From Azolla caroliniana (Eukaryota; Plantae; Polypodiophyta): 64,000 bases of DNA. The stretch spans positions 6,944,001 through 7,008,000 of the forward strand of contig JBHGNT010000009.1 of NCBI GenBank assembly GCA_043228905.1. Direction: 5' to 3'. Made by a program: the position numbers and the translations under genes. This document shows positions 38,662 through 50,193 of the stretch, in pieces. A model generated the notes under the pieces. That model saw nothing but the letters and a program-made list of their open reading frames with translations. It had not been told where the DNA came from and searched no databases. The first letter of the stretch is position 1. The number at the start of each line of letters is the position of its first letter.

Positions 38662-41600
38662 ATGTCTTCAAAGAGAATCGAGCGTGAGGACTCCAGGTAG
38701 GCCTCTGACACTGTGGACATTTTTGTAAATATGTTTTGTCGCTCAAGCACTCGATACGCCGTATCGAGTTCCTGTATACAATACAAACTTTATACATGAA
38801 CTCGATACGGCGTATCGAGTTCCCGTTTAACATTTAGGTTTTAAACACGAACTCGATACGCCGTATCGAGTTCGTGTTTAAATTCCAAACTTTAAACGGG
38901 AACTCGATACGGCGTATCGTATCGAGTTCCTGTTTAAAACCTAAACTTTAAACATGAACTCAATACGCCGTATCGAGTTCCTGTTTAAAATCCAAACTTT
39001 AAACACGAACTCGATACGCCGTATCGAGTTCGTGTTTAAAGTGTAGGTTTTAAACAGGAACTCGATATGCCGTATCGAGTTCCCGTTTAAAACCTACAGT
39101 TTAAACAGGAACTCGAGACGGCGTATCGAGTCGATACGCCGTATCGAGTTCCTGTTTAAAAAGCAAAGAAAGCAGAGGAACTCGATATGGCGTATCGAGT
39201 TCCCGTTTAAAGTTTAGGATTTAAACAGGAACTCGATACGCCGTATCGAGTTCCTGTATAAAAGAAGGCTCTGAGAGAGAAAAATTGTGTTTTTGGGGTA
39301 ACAATTAATTATTGTGTGGAAAAGATATCAAATTGTCTGTCAAAATTAGTCTTTTTTATGTTGACTTTCCTTACTTTTAAAAAAAAACATGCTCTAATTA
39401 TAGGTGTTTTATGACCTACTTTAGCTTAAAATAGTAGAAAATGATCCACAAATTGCCTTTACGATAGCAAATTCTCCTCAATATAGGTTTGGAATCTATA
39501 TAAGTCATACCTACTATTTAAAAGAATATATAACCCTGTTTACTTATTACGATATATATTTTCTAGGTTGAATAGCCCTGCCTAGAATAGATTTTTGAAT
39601 ATAGGACTGCTAGTGAGAACTGTTCTTCATGTTAATATACAACCTTAATCTACGTGACCACCTAACTTATGTTTTTGCATATACTTTCTTAAATAGGTCG
39701 TTTGAGAACCTGTCGGATCGACCCGTGAAGAAAATAAAGCTTCGCATACAGGGTTCTCCAATCGAAGCCCAGACCAAGGTAGCTCCTGAGACCATGAAGA
39801 GAGGAAAAAAGCTTCTCTTCAACGAAGAGACAAAATCTCAGCCACATATTGATGTTAGCCAAAAGAAACTTGTCGCCGCTACTGGAGGTGAAGACCTTCC
39901 TGACCGAGATCTAACGGACAAGGAATGGTGTATGCAATATGTCGACTCAAAGAAAAAAGTCGTATTGTATACAACAAAGAAGAAGGGGGAGGGGCAGCTT
40001 GGAAAGGAAACCCCATTTATGTATGGCCGTATTCTACGATTTGACTACGAAGATGCAGATTCGGCCAACATACTAGTAATGATAGAGTGCTCCAAGGGGG
40101 TACGTAAAGTGTTCCTTTCAGAAGACCTTTTAGTAAAGGAATCTTGTGGGCTAGAAGCGTTCAAAAAAGATCTTGAAAGCTCACAAAACCTTATTGTTAC
40201 CTTGAGGCCTTATATACAAGGCCATGTAACTCTAAGAGATGAAGTGCCCTCCCCATTGAAGGCCACAAAAAGGGTATCCAAAGTCCAGTCAAGACCACCA
40301 AAGAAGAAGACAACCAAAATGTCGGACACGGATTCAACAAGTGAAAACAAAGAGGAGGATAATAAGGGGACGCCAGGAGCTGAGCTGGCCTCGGGTGTTT
40401 TGTCATCCGAGCAGAATAAGATAAGGAGAGAGTTAATGCAACGGAAACTGGTCAGGAAAGGGCAAGTGTTTAATTTGCCTATAACACACATCCATCGGCC
40501 CCCTATTGATGAAAAAACAGGTCGATGACCATTTGAGATTAGAGAGCCACACCGCATGCATGTTCAAAATCTCAAGAAAACAATGAAAATTAATCCGCAT
40601 GCCACTGTGGTGCCTTTTATTGTTATGGTAGATCCTGAAGAATGTGAAACCATTGAAGATTTTGATATTAGAAAGCATGATCAATATAATTATTTTGTCA
40701 TTGGTGGATTGCATTCAGCAGAGGCACGTCGGCAACTTGTGAGAGAACATCCAACAACTTTCTTCTTCAAGTATGCCGAGTGCAAAATTTATGTTGGGCT
40801 CACAACTGAAGAGGCTAAGCTGTTGGCATGGGACCATAATAATGATAATGACTATAGGCAGAAAATGTCGTCCATTGAGCGTATACGGTTCTTCCACCAC
40901 GAGTATTTAGACGTGAAACAAAAGTTTGGTGTGAAGTTACATCCAGGCCTACGACGTCAATGTCTGCATGAAGTCGGCATTGTGGTAGATGATAATGTTA
41001 GGTCCGATGGTCTTCGAAAGTATGAGTCTTGGTTTCAATTGGCGTTTAGAGATGGAGAAGTATGGGACCTACAAGATCAAATCTTCTCAATGTGGGAGAA
41101 TAAGGAGGTAAAGGGTCAACGACAAAAGAAATGTAAGGTTGACCCTCAACTAGAGTTAAAGTCACAAGCCGCCAAGAAAATTGACTTGACAATTGAAGAA
41201 GCGGCAGACGACATGAAGCTGTCTCTATGGAGAGCGATGCAAGGTATTAAGGACGAGCAACTTCTTGTGTCTGTTTTGTCAAGGGTTGTGGCGAAAGATT
41301 TAAGCCTTGAAGAAATGGTCACTGAGTTCAATAAGTAAGTCTTTCAAATACTGAAATTGTAGTCTATCTTGTGTAATTCAAAGTTCTAATCTTGATTTCT
41401 AATTTTACAGTCATAAGGTGTACATGAAGATCCAAGAAGTTATGATGAAACAACTTGGATGTATAACTTGGGAACAAGTGACCGAGGATTATCCTCTAAC
41501 GTCTTCATATAAGGCGTTATCAGAGTATTTTATTGCATTCAAGGATTGGGTTAGTATTCATGGTTTTTCATTACCCTTTCATCATATGTAGAGCTTGTAT

Positions 41601-42924
41601 AATAATACCTGATGTCCTCTTGCTTCTATTAGAAACCGTGTCAAGGCAAGAAACAAGGAGAAGTTAAGGATATACACGATTTCCCTACATCCTTCCTTGC
41701 ACATCTCGAGCGAGCCAGAAAAGAAAAGGATCGTCGCTTAGTCAAGGTGTACGAAATGGAGGAAGATGGCTCCTTTAAAAAATTTAGCCACAAAAAAGAT
41801 ATTACGAGAGATCTTTACTACAATGTGGTTTGCGGTGATGTCGTCGACTTGATCCAAAAGGTGCCAAAGAAGGAATATACGCTAATGATTGCGGATATTC
41901 CTTACGGATTTCGAATGGTTGGGTCATCATACGATGATGAACCGTTTAGGTTTAAACAATTGGAGAAGATGGTCAAGGATTTCGCTGAGCTAACGACCGC
42001 ATCCTTGTGGCGAATAGTTGTCTTTCATACTATGGACCAAGGGTACTCGGTAGCTCAAGCTTTGAGATCTCGTTGCCATGGCATCGAGAACCTTGCATGG
42101 TAAGGATTATTTATAGGTGTCTTTCACTATATTGCATTTCTTAAGGTTGTTGAATCTATTCTTAACTCGATGTATTATTTTTTATAGGATCAAGACCAAT
42201 GTAAATAGAGGGCCAACTTTTCGGTTCGTTAATGCCATTGAATACATAACGGTTGGCTACTTCGATGAAATTAAGAAACAGAGAATCAAAGATCATTCTA
42301 ATGAAGTGGGAGGTTAAAATCTGTTGGTATATCCAGCAGTGACACGAAAATTGCGACATGTCACCACGACAGAACGGGGACTTGTCAACCCATACCAAAA
42401 ACCTCAACGACTTATGATGCGCTTGATCGAGATGTTTTCTGTCGAAGGAGACTGGATATTAGATCTCTTTTCTGGCACAGGTATTCCTCGAACTAGGGTA
42501 ACGATTTTGAGATAACCAATCCTTTTTTTTTTTCGTTTGACAACTAAATCTTCTTGTTACTTACATCATAGGAACTACGTCTGCATGTGCATTGAAGCTT
42601 TTTAGAAATACAGTTGCATTGGAGAAGGACGAGCACCAAGTTATATTTATTAATATGCGGATTAAGGCTTTGTGGGAGTGCCCAGACCAGGATGAGGAGG
42701 TCGGTGCAAAGAACCTCGCCAATACAGAAAGGTTTCAACCTGCTTCGCGAGAGCCTATTCCTCCGTTAGCCGGCGAACCGGGGGAGCTAATAGAGCTTGA
42801 TGATGAGCTTATAGAAGATATTTCGTTGGCTCGGCTAACAGGGGAAACCAATGCACGTATAGCCGAAGACAGTTCTACACAAGATGATGAAGAAAATGTC
42901 GTTGATGAATTGATTGCTATGTAA
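38662..42924 (+). pseudogene. ParB-like domain + beta-class N6-adenine/N4-cytosine DNA methyltransferase fusion gene; exons 38662-38696, 39697-41334, 41411-41549, 41633-42099, 42188-42480, 42572-42924
   Basis: Six GT-AG exons splice in frame (2925 nt) with only two internal stops (TGA 40526-40528, TAA 42315-42317). ParB-like YFVIGGLHSAEARRQL. MTase motifs CGDVVDLI, IADIPYG (motif IV, DIPY at 41894-41905), AW-IKTN, NPYQKPQRLMMRLIEMFSVEGDWILDLFSGTGTT (motif X-I) and VALEKD. Confidence 0.85.
38749..39253. repeat. Array of 11 palindromes (core GAACTCGATACG-S-CGTATCGAGTTC, extending to 43 bp), ~51-bp period
   Basis: Cores at about 38749, 38798, 38849, 38900, 38956, 39007, 39058, 39109, 39131, 39178 and 39229; lies in intron 1 of the MTase gene. 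Confidence 0.95.
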
Positions 42925-43317
42925 TAGACTCTATGAAGAAAATGACACTGACGATTTGTTAGGATTTCACATTATTAATACAAATTTTGGGTTTTACCTA
43001 GTGGATTCTATTCTTTATAATCTTCTATATGTTTCAATTTTATTTTTATATACTTGGTTAGTAGATTTATGACATTGGTTTCACCGCGTGCATAACTGAC
43101 TACCAAACTTATGGAGAAACATGAACTAGTTTAAATTGAGGCTGATTTTGGTCCAAGCTAACCTTAACAGAACATGACCCTATAATTGTTGCCATGACTG
43201 TCCATGTTGTTATTATGGATCTTTGTCTTCTATTGTTAAAACTATTATGTTTCTATTCCATTGCAGTTTAGATTGTGTAGTGTGTTGATAATGGTTCCAG
43301 TTGCGTTATCGTTCGGA

Positions 43318-43592
43318 GTTTGATCCTGTGTGAATCACCTAAGCAATAGAGTAGATCAATTTTAAATACAGGTATGAAAGCCTAATAGGTTTGTTATTTC
43401 CACGACATTATCCTAAAGTTCACTGCCTTACATTGTCCACAATTATATACATATGGTTTGATCCCATATGAACAAACTGAGGAATAGATTAGATCAACTT
43501 TAAATACAAGTATTGAATACGTTAATAAGTTAGTTATTCCAATCACTTATCCTAATGTGCACTATCCTACATTTTCCACAATTACATACATG
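43318..43592. repeat. ~138-bp diverged tandem duplication near the right end of the DNA transposon
   Basis: GTTTGATCC...AATAGAKTAGATCAAYTTTAAATACARGTAT...TTATCCTAA...CCACAATTAYATACAT occurs twice. Confidence 0.75.
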
Positions 43593-45373
43593 CACGTATG
43601 GGTCAAAGTATAAATTATAACTCATTTTATTAGTATGGATACAAGTACACCTGATATTTTTGTAAAACTTACCTAATTAATATAAGTCTTTAAGTTAGTG
43701 TTTCCCTTGCCGCATAGTAGTGACATATTGAGCCATAGTTGAACTTTATTATGCCTACATTAACTTATCAACATGTCTAAACTTGCATGATTTCTAATGA
43801 TCTCCACTCGTAAATCTATCATGTATTTTTATATTTGCAAATTCTCATCAAGTTGAGGAACATGTGATACTAGTGCATCCAATTTTTGTAGAGAGGGTGT
43901 ATTTGCTTCGTTTTAAGAAGATTCTACAAGTGGAATGCGCAATCCTTCCACTTGTGAACGCGAACGTGTTCACTTTTTCACATGCCTTTGGGGCACTATT
44001 AAAGAAGACCTCCTCCAGGCATATGAGGAGATCATCACCTTTGGAAGCATGCCGGAGGAATTTGGATAGGGGATCATACATCTCATTCCTAAAAGTGGTG
44101 GGAATGCCAACGACATTCACAAGTGGCGGCCCATTACTCTTCTCAATACTGTCTATAAGTTGCTCGCAAAAATCGTGGCACGCCATTTAACTCCACTTCT
44201 CCCTCAACTCATTCATCCGTCCCAGACAGGTTTTGTTAGAAATCGGAGCATCCTAGACACCCTCTTCTCATTCTGGGAAGTAGTAGCCCTTGCCAAGCAA
44301 AACAACAAGAAGGTAGTAGTGGTGCTACTAGATTTTGAGAAAGCATATGACAGGGTATGCTGGAACTTTCTAGAAAGTGTGATGAGGAAACTCGACTTTC
44401 AAGAGACATGGATCAAAGGCATTGCAAGATTTTATAGGAATGGCAGTAGTTGCGTTTCACTGGCAGGTGAAAGGGGCCCCTTTTTCCAAATATCCCGCTC
44501 TGTACGATAGGGATGCCCACTAGCTCCATCCTTATTTCTATTATATGCCGAAGCACTGCCTTGCTTTCTCAACTCACGGCATCTCAACCTGTGTGGTCTT
44601 CCCATACCTCATTCTTACCAAAGAATAATGGATATAGAATTTGCAGATGACACAACAATCTACCTGCAAGGGGACCTGGAAAACCTCCAAAAGCTAGAAA
44701 GTGGGCTAGCTTTATTTTGCAAGAGATCCAACGCCATGATCAATTGTCACAAATCCTGTGCAATATGGCTCTCTCAAGAAACACATCCGGCGTGGCACCC
44801 ACACCCCGCTTTCAAATGGATCAATCAAGGAGCGAGCACCCCGGGCTTCCAAATTGGTTTCAACATACTGCCGGAGACTATGATTGCACCCGTTATCCTT
44901 TCCATTCGACAAAAGTTGATACATTGGAGCTCGAAAAAATTATCGCTAGCAGGTCGCATCATAGTGGCAAATCAGGTACTCCTCGCAACAACATGGTACA
45001 GTCTATCATGTTGGACAATCTCCAAGGAAAGTATACATCAGATTCAACGACTGGTCCGCAACTACATTTGGTCTGGTAAGGAAGACCATGTAGCTCACGC
45101 CACGGTGGCGTGGCCTATACTCACAACGCCTAAGTCGAGAGGGGGATTGGGTCTTATTGATCCCCTTTCACAATCGAAAGCCTTACTTGCCAAATTTGTG
45201 GTGTGAGGACACCAACCAGGAAATGATTGTTGGAAAATGCTACTGAGGTTACGTTTCACTTACTTTAGGCCACGAAAAGGGGTCAATTGGGCCCCCCAAA
45301 CGGGATGGATTCTAAACATGGATCTCAAACCTAATTTCTCCCGCCATTTGGAGGATAGATTCAGTGCATCCAT

Positions 45374-48300
45374 TGATAGGAACTACACGCTCCCTATGCG
45401 CAACGCTCGGCCACAACCGAGCTTAAAATCATACACAGAAAACGGGAATGAAATGCACGACACAAAGGAGAGAAGAGTACACAGGATGTTAACGTAGAAA
45501 ACCCAAACTAGGGAAAAACCACGGCAGCCCACAGACTGCAAACTATCAATATATCACAATGATTAAACCAGCGAGCTCATGGAGGCAACGACCTCGTGCT
45601 CACGATCTTCGCCACAGGCGGCGGTTACAACTGAGGCAACGACCTCTTCCTCTCTCTCTCTCTGTGTATACAGTTACGTGCCTCTTCTTGCACCAACAAG
45701 AATGACAACAACAACCCTCTACAATAAGTTTGCCCTAAGTCATATTTATACTAATATGACTTTTCGGCTATTTACATATATAGCTCCGATGGACTCTCAG
45801 AAGACATATTTACGAATATGTCCCTTCATCCGGTGAGCATTCCTCACCGGGCCTACATCATCCGGCGCTTGCCGGGTACTCGTCATATTTCATTACATAC
45901 CTGGATGTAGACCGGCTGGTATCCACATCAGCTGACATATCCGAATCGGTAAAACCGTCAAGTCGAGGTTTTCCGGAGCCGAATCGGACACACATATTTG
46001 AAGTGCCCTTCAAGTACCGGAGTATCCATTTGACCGTGTTCCACTGCTCCTTGCCGGGATTGCTCATGAACCGGCTCACCACTCCGATTGCGTATCCTAT
46101 ATCCGGTCGGGTACACACCATTGCGTACATTAAGCTCCTGATGGCAGAGGCATATTGTACCTTCATCATATCAGCCTTCTCTGCTTTTGTCTTCGGGCTT
46201 TGCTTACCGGATAATCTGCACTTTGCCGGGAGTGTCGATCCGACTGGTTTCGCTTCTGACATGTTGAACCGCTGAAGCAACTTTGTCACGTATTTCTCTT
46301 GTGACAGTGACAATTGCTTCTTTGACCGGTCCCGGATGATGTGCATCCCCAACATCTGTCTTGCCGGACCCAAGTCTTTCATTGAGAATGTCCAATTGAG
46401 AGCCTTCTTCAGCATCCGTATTTTGGCTTGGTCTCGTCCGACAATGAACATGTCGTCCACGTATAGAAGGAGTATCAGGAAGTCGCCTCCTTTGAACTTC
46501 TTCACAAACACGCAGTGATCGGCCTGCGTCTTGTTGTACCCTTGATCGGTCATGAAGGAGTCGAACTTCCGGTACCACTATCGGGGAGCCTGCTTCAGTC
46601 CGTACAGGCTCTTCTTCAACTGGCATACCAGGTGCGCCCTCCCTTTCTCCACGAATCCTTCCGGTTGCTGCATGTAGATCTCCTCTTCGAGGTCACCGTG
46701 AAGGAATGTCGTCTTCACATTCAAGTGCTCTACCTCGAGGTCCATGCTTGCCGCTATACTCAGCACCGTCCGGATGGAGGTCATCTTTACTACCGGGGCA
46801 AATATCTCGTCGAAGTCCACGCCCTTCTTCTGCTGGAACCCCTTCACCACGATCCTGGCTTTGTATCTTGGGGGGTTGCCGGCATCTCCCGGTTTCAACT
46901 TGTACAACCACTTGTTTCAAAGTGCCCACTTTCCTTTCGGCAACTCCACCAATTCGTACGTATGGTTCTCATGCAGGGAATTCATCTCATCCTGCATGGC
47001 ACTTAACCATTTTCGGCTATGGGCGTCACTTTTAGCTTCCTCGAAGCTTTCTGGCTCCCCCTCATTGGTCAGCAATCTCCGGGGGGCCCTTCTCTCTCTG
47101 AGAGGATATCTCCGTCTTTGGGCTTCGGTAACCGGCTCCTCCATTTGCTCTTCATCCGAATCCGATTCGGGGTCTTGACCGGTTCCAGTTCCAGCTTCCT
47201 CTATTTCTTCTTCTGCCAGTTCGGTATCCTCACCGTAGTCGGCTGGTTCCTCGAGTGCTAACCGGTCTCTTGCCGGTTGGGTCTTCTCATCATAGAATCG
47301 ATCTTTACCGGTCGACTCGGAGTTCATGATCTTCTTCTCCGACTCCCAGTCGGCGAGCGTCTTGTCTTCCATGAAGATAATATCTCGACTCCGGAATACC
47401 TTCTTGTCGACCGGGTCCCACACTCGATAGCCGAACTCATCATCGCCGTAACCGAGAAATATGCATGGCCGGGTCTTTGGATCTAACTTTCCTCTCCGGT
47501 TCCTAGCTACATGCACGTACGCGAGACACCTGAACACCTTCAGATGCCGGTAGGACACCTCCTTACCGGTCCAGACTCTCTGTGGCGTGTCTCCGTCCAA
47601 GGGTACTGAGGGTGATCTGTTTATCACATACGTCCTTGTCGACAGCGCCTCAGCCCAAAACGTCTTGGGTAACTCTGCATGTGCTAGCATACTCCGGACC
47701 CTCTCCATTATGGTCCAGTTCATCCTCTCGGCCAGCCCGTTTAGTTCCGGCGTCTTCGGCATGGTAAATTCGAGCCGGATTCCCTTCGAGCGACAGTACT
47801 CCTCAAACTGCCCCAGGTATTCGCCTCTGTTATCTGCTTGAGCCGCCTTTAGCTTTTGGCCGGTCTCTCTTTCCACTCTCGCGTGGAGCTCTTTGAAGAT
47901 GGATAGCACCTGATCCTTCGTCTTCTACAGTGTGGCCCACAACTTCTGGTTGTGGTCATCTATGAACGTCACGAAGTAATGTGCTCCGGCATGTGACTTC
48001 ATGTCCACTTGACACACATCAGTATGCACCAACTCCAGTGGTGCATTATGTCTCATCGGTGGCCTCGATCGGAAGCAGGTCCAGTTTTATTTACCGGCCA
48101 GACAATCAGTGCACTTCTCCAAGTGCACGTTCTTCACTGGAATGAGGTTGTCGTCTACAAGCCTCTTCATCCCCTTCTCGCTAATATGACACAACCTCTT
48201 GTGCCACAGCTCACCGGCAGTGTCAGATGCAACGTTCACTTCCTCCGAACATAACCGGGCATTCATCAGGTACAACGTGTTTACCTTCCAGGCCCGAGCC

Positions 48301-50193
48301 ACAATCATGCTCCCTTTGCTAAACTTCATAACACCGTTCCGGATGCTACCCGTGTAGCCTTCATCATCTAGCCGACCGACTGATATCCGGTTCAGAGGAA
48401 CCTCCGGAACGTGTCAAACATCCTTCAGCAGTAGCTTGCATCCGGTTGGTGTTGTCAACCACACGTCTCCTATGCCGACAATTCGGCATGTACCTTCATT
48501 CCCCATCCGGACACAACCATGATCGCCGGTTGTGTAGGATGAGAAGCATTTACGGTCCGGGGTAATGTGGAACGACGCTCCAGAGTCGACCACCCAGGTC
48601 ATCTCGTCGCCGGCAAGGTTTATCTCACTCTCCTCGGTGATGAGCATCAACTCTTCTTCACTTGTCGCGATTGCCGTTGTTCCCTTCCGGTCCGTTCCCC
48701 TCCAGTCTTTACCGTTCTGGTCCAGAGTCCACGTCGAATCGGTGTCGTTGGATTCCTTGTCTTTTCGGAAATGCCGACAATTTTTCTGGAAGTGTCCTGG
48801 CTTGCCACAATAGAAGCAATTAGGCCTCCCCCTTGACTTTGACCGTGTCCCCAACTTTTCCCGATTCTGGGGACTACGGTTCCTTTGTCTTCCGTGTTCC
48901 GATTCAGTAAGGAGCGCTTTGGAGTCGGAGCTCGTATCCTTATCTTTTCGACGTGCCTCCTCATCTAGGAAGCTCGACTTCAGTCTTGCTAGGGATAACC
49001 GTTTCCCTTCCGGCCCGGCGTTGCCCAAAGTGACAACCAACGTCTCCTAGCTATCTGGGAGGGAACCGAGCTGAAGCAGTGCTAGTACCTCATCAGCGAG
49101 AGGTACTTCCAATGATGTTGCCTGGTGGATCAGCCCCTGGAAGGCATTCATCTGCTCCACCATGCTGGAGCCATCTTGGTACCGGAGTCTTACTAGCTTC
49201 CAGAATACCGAAACCTGATTCACAACATTTTTGTTTTGAAACATAATGCCGATCTTCTCCCAGAGCTCATGAGCCTTGCTCTCTTCATTGAAGTTGTTGT
49301 ATAGGATCATGTCGATGAAGCACCGTATGTATGCCGTTGTCTTCATGTGCATCACCTCCCATATCGTGGCGTCGATTTTGTCTGGTCTCTTGTCCCTGAA
49401 CTGAACCGGCAACCAAAGATCTTTAACCACGAGCATGTCCCTCATCTTCGACTTCCACACTGAATAGTTGGAGCCGGTGAGCTTGAACATGGCTCCCAAT
49501 GAATCGTCCATTTTCTGTGTCGTTTCGCTCTGATACCACTTTGACAGGAACTGCACGCTCCCTATGCGCAATGCTCGGCCACAACCGAGCCTAGAATCAT
49601 ACACCAAAAACGGGAATGAAATGCATGACACAAAGGAGAGAAGAGTACACAGGATGTTAACGTGGAAAACCCAAACTAGGGAAAAACCACGACAGCCCAC
49701 AGACTGCAAACTATCAATATATCACAATGATTACAACAGCGAGCTCACGGAGGCAACGACCTCGTGCTCACGATCTTCGCCATAGGCGGCGGTTACAACA
49801 GAGGCAACGACCTCTTCCTCTCTCTCTCTCTCTCTCTGTACACAGTTACGCACCTCTTCTTGCACCAACAAGAATGACAACAACAACCCTCTACAATAAG
49901 TTTGCCCTAAGTCATATTTATACTAATATGACTTTTTGGCTATTTACATATATAGCCCCAATGGACTCATAGAAGACATATTTACGAATATATCCCTTCA
50001 TCCAGTGAGCATTCCTCACCGGGCCTACATCATCCGGCGCTTGTCGGGTACTCGTCATCCGGTTCTCACCGGGTCTTCCGTTTCTGGGTACTCCTCATCC
50101 GGTTCTCACCGGGTTTGCACCATCCGGCTCTCCTTAGCCGGGTACTCGTCATCCGGTTCTCACTTCCCATCCGGAGGGACCTATTTCCTAACA
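45374..50193 (-). mobile_element. Ty1/Copia (same family as 14608-20191) with a deletion of RNase H, PPT and U3 start
   Basis: TSD TCCAT (45369-45373 / 50194-50198) restores L1 ...RFSASMWKAW...; 5' LTR 49542-50193; PBS-Met 49527-49538; partial 3' LTR 45374-~45886; gag-pol closely similar to the first copy. Confidence 0.95.

Larger units (their letters stand above)
34756..43970. mobile_element. 9.2-kb TIR DNA transposon (Sola-like) carrying a ParB-methyltransferase cargo gene
   Basis: 35-bp TIRs (34756-34790 / 43936-43970, 2 mismatches, starting AACACGTTCGCGTTCACAAGTGGAA); 4-bp TSD CACT (34752-34755 / 43971-43974). Removing the element restores L1 ORF2 in frame (...GIDDLTPHFFTCLWGTIKEDL...). 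Confidence 0.93.

Noticed and set aside
38830-39225. Telomeric repeats (TTTAGG/CCTAAA) in the array linkers
   Set aside because: Only single imperfect 6-mers, with no tandem TTTAGGG run.
38749-39253. CRISPR array
   Set aside because: The sequences between cores are themselves repeated palindrome arms plus ~8-bp related linkers, not unique spacers. No cas genes; eukaryotic intron context.
38662-42924. Bacterial or phage contamination as the source of the ParB-MTase
   Set aside because: The gene has five GT-AG introns and a TATA promoter, and sits in a TSD-flanked insertion within a plant L1.
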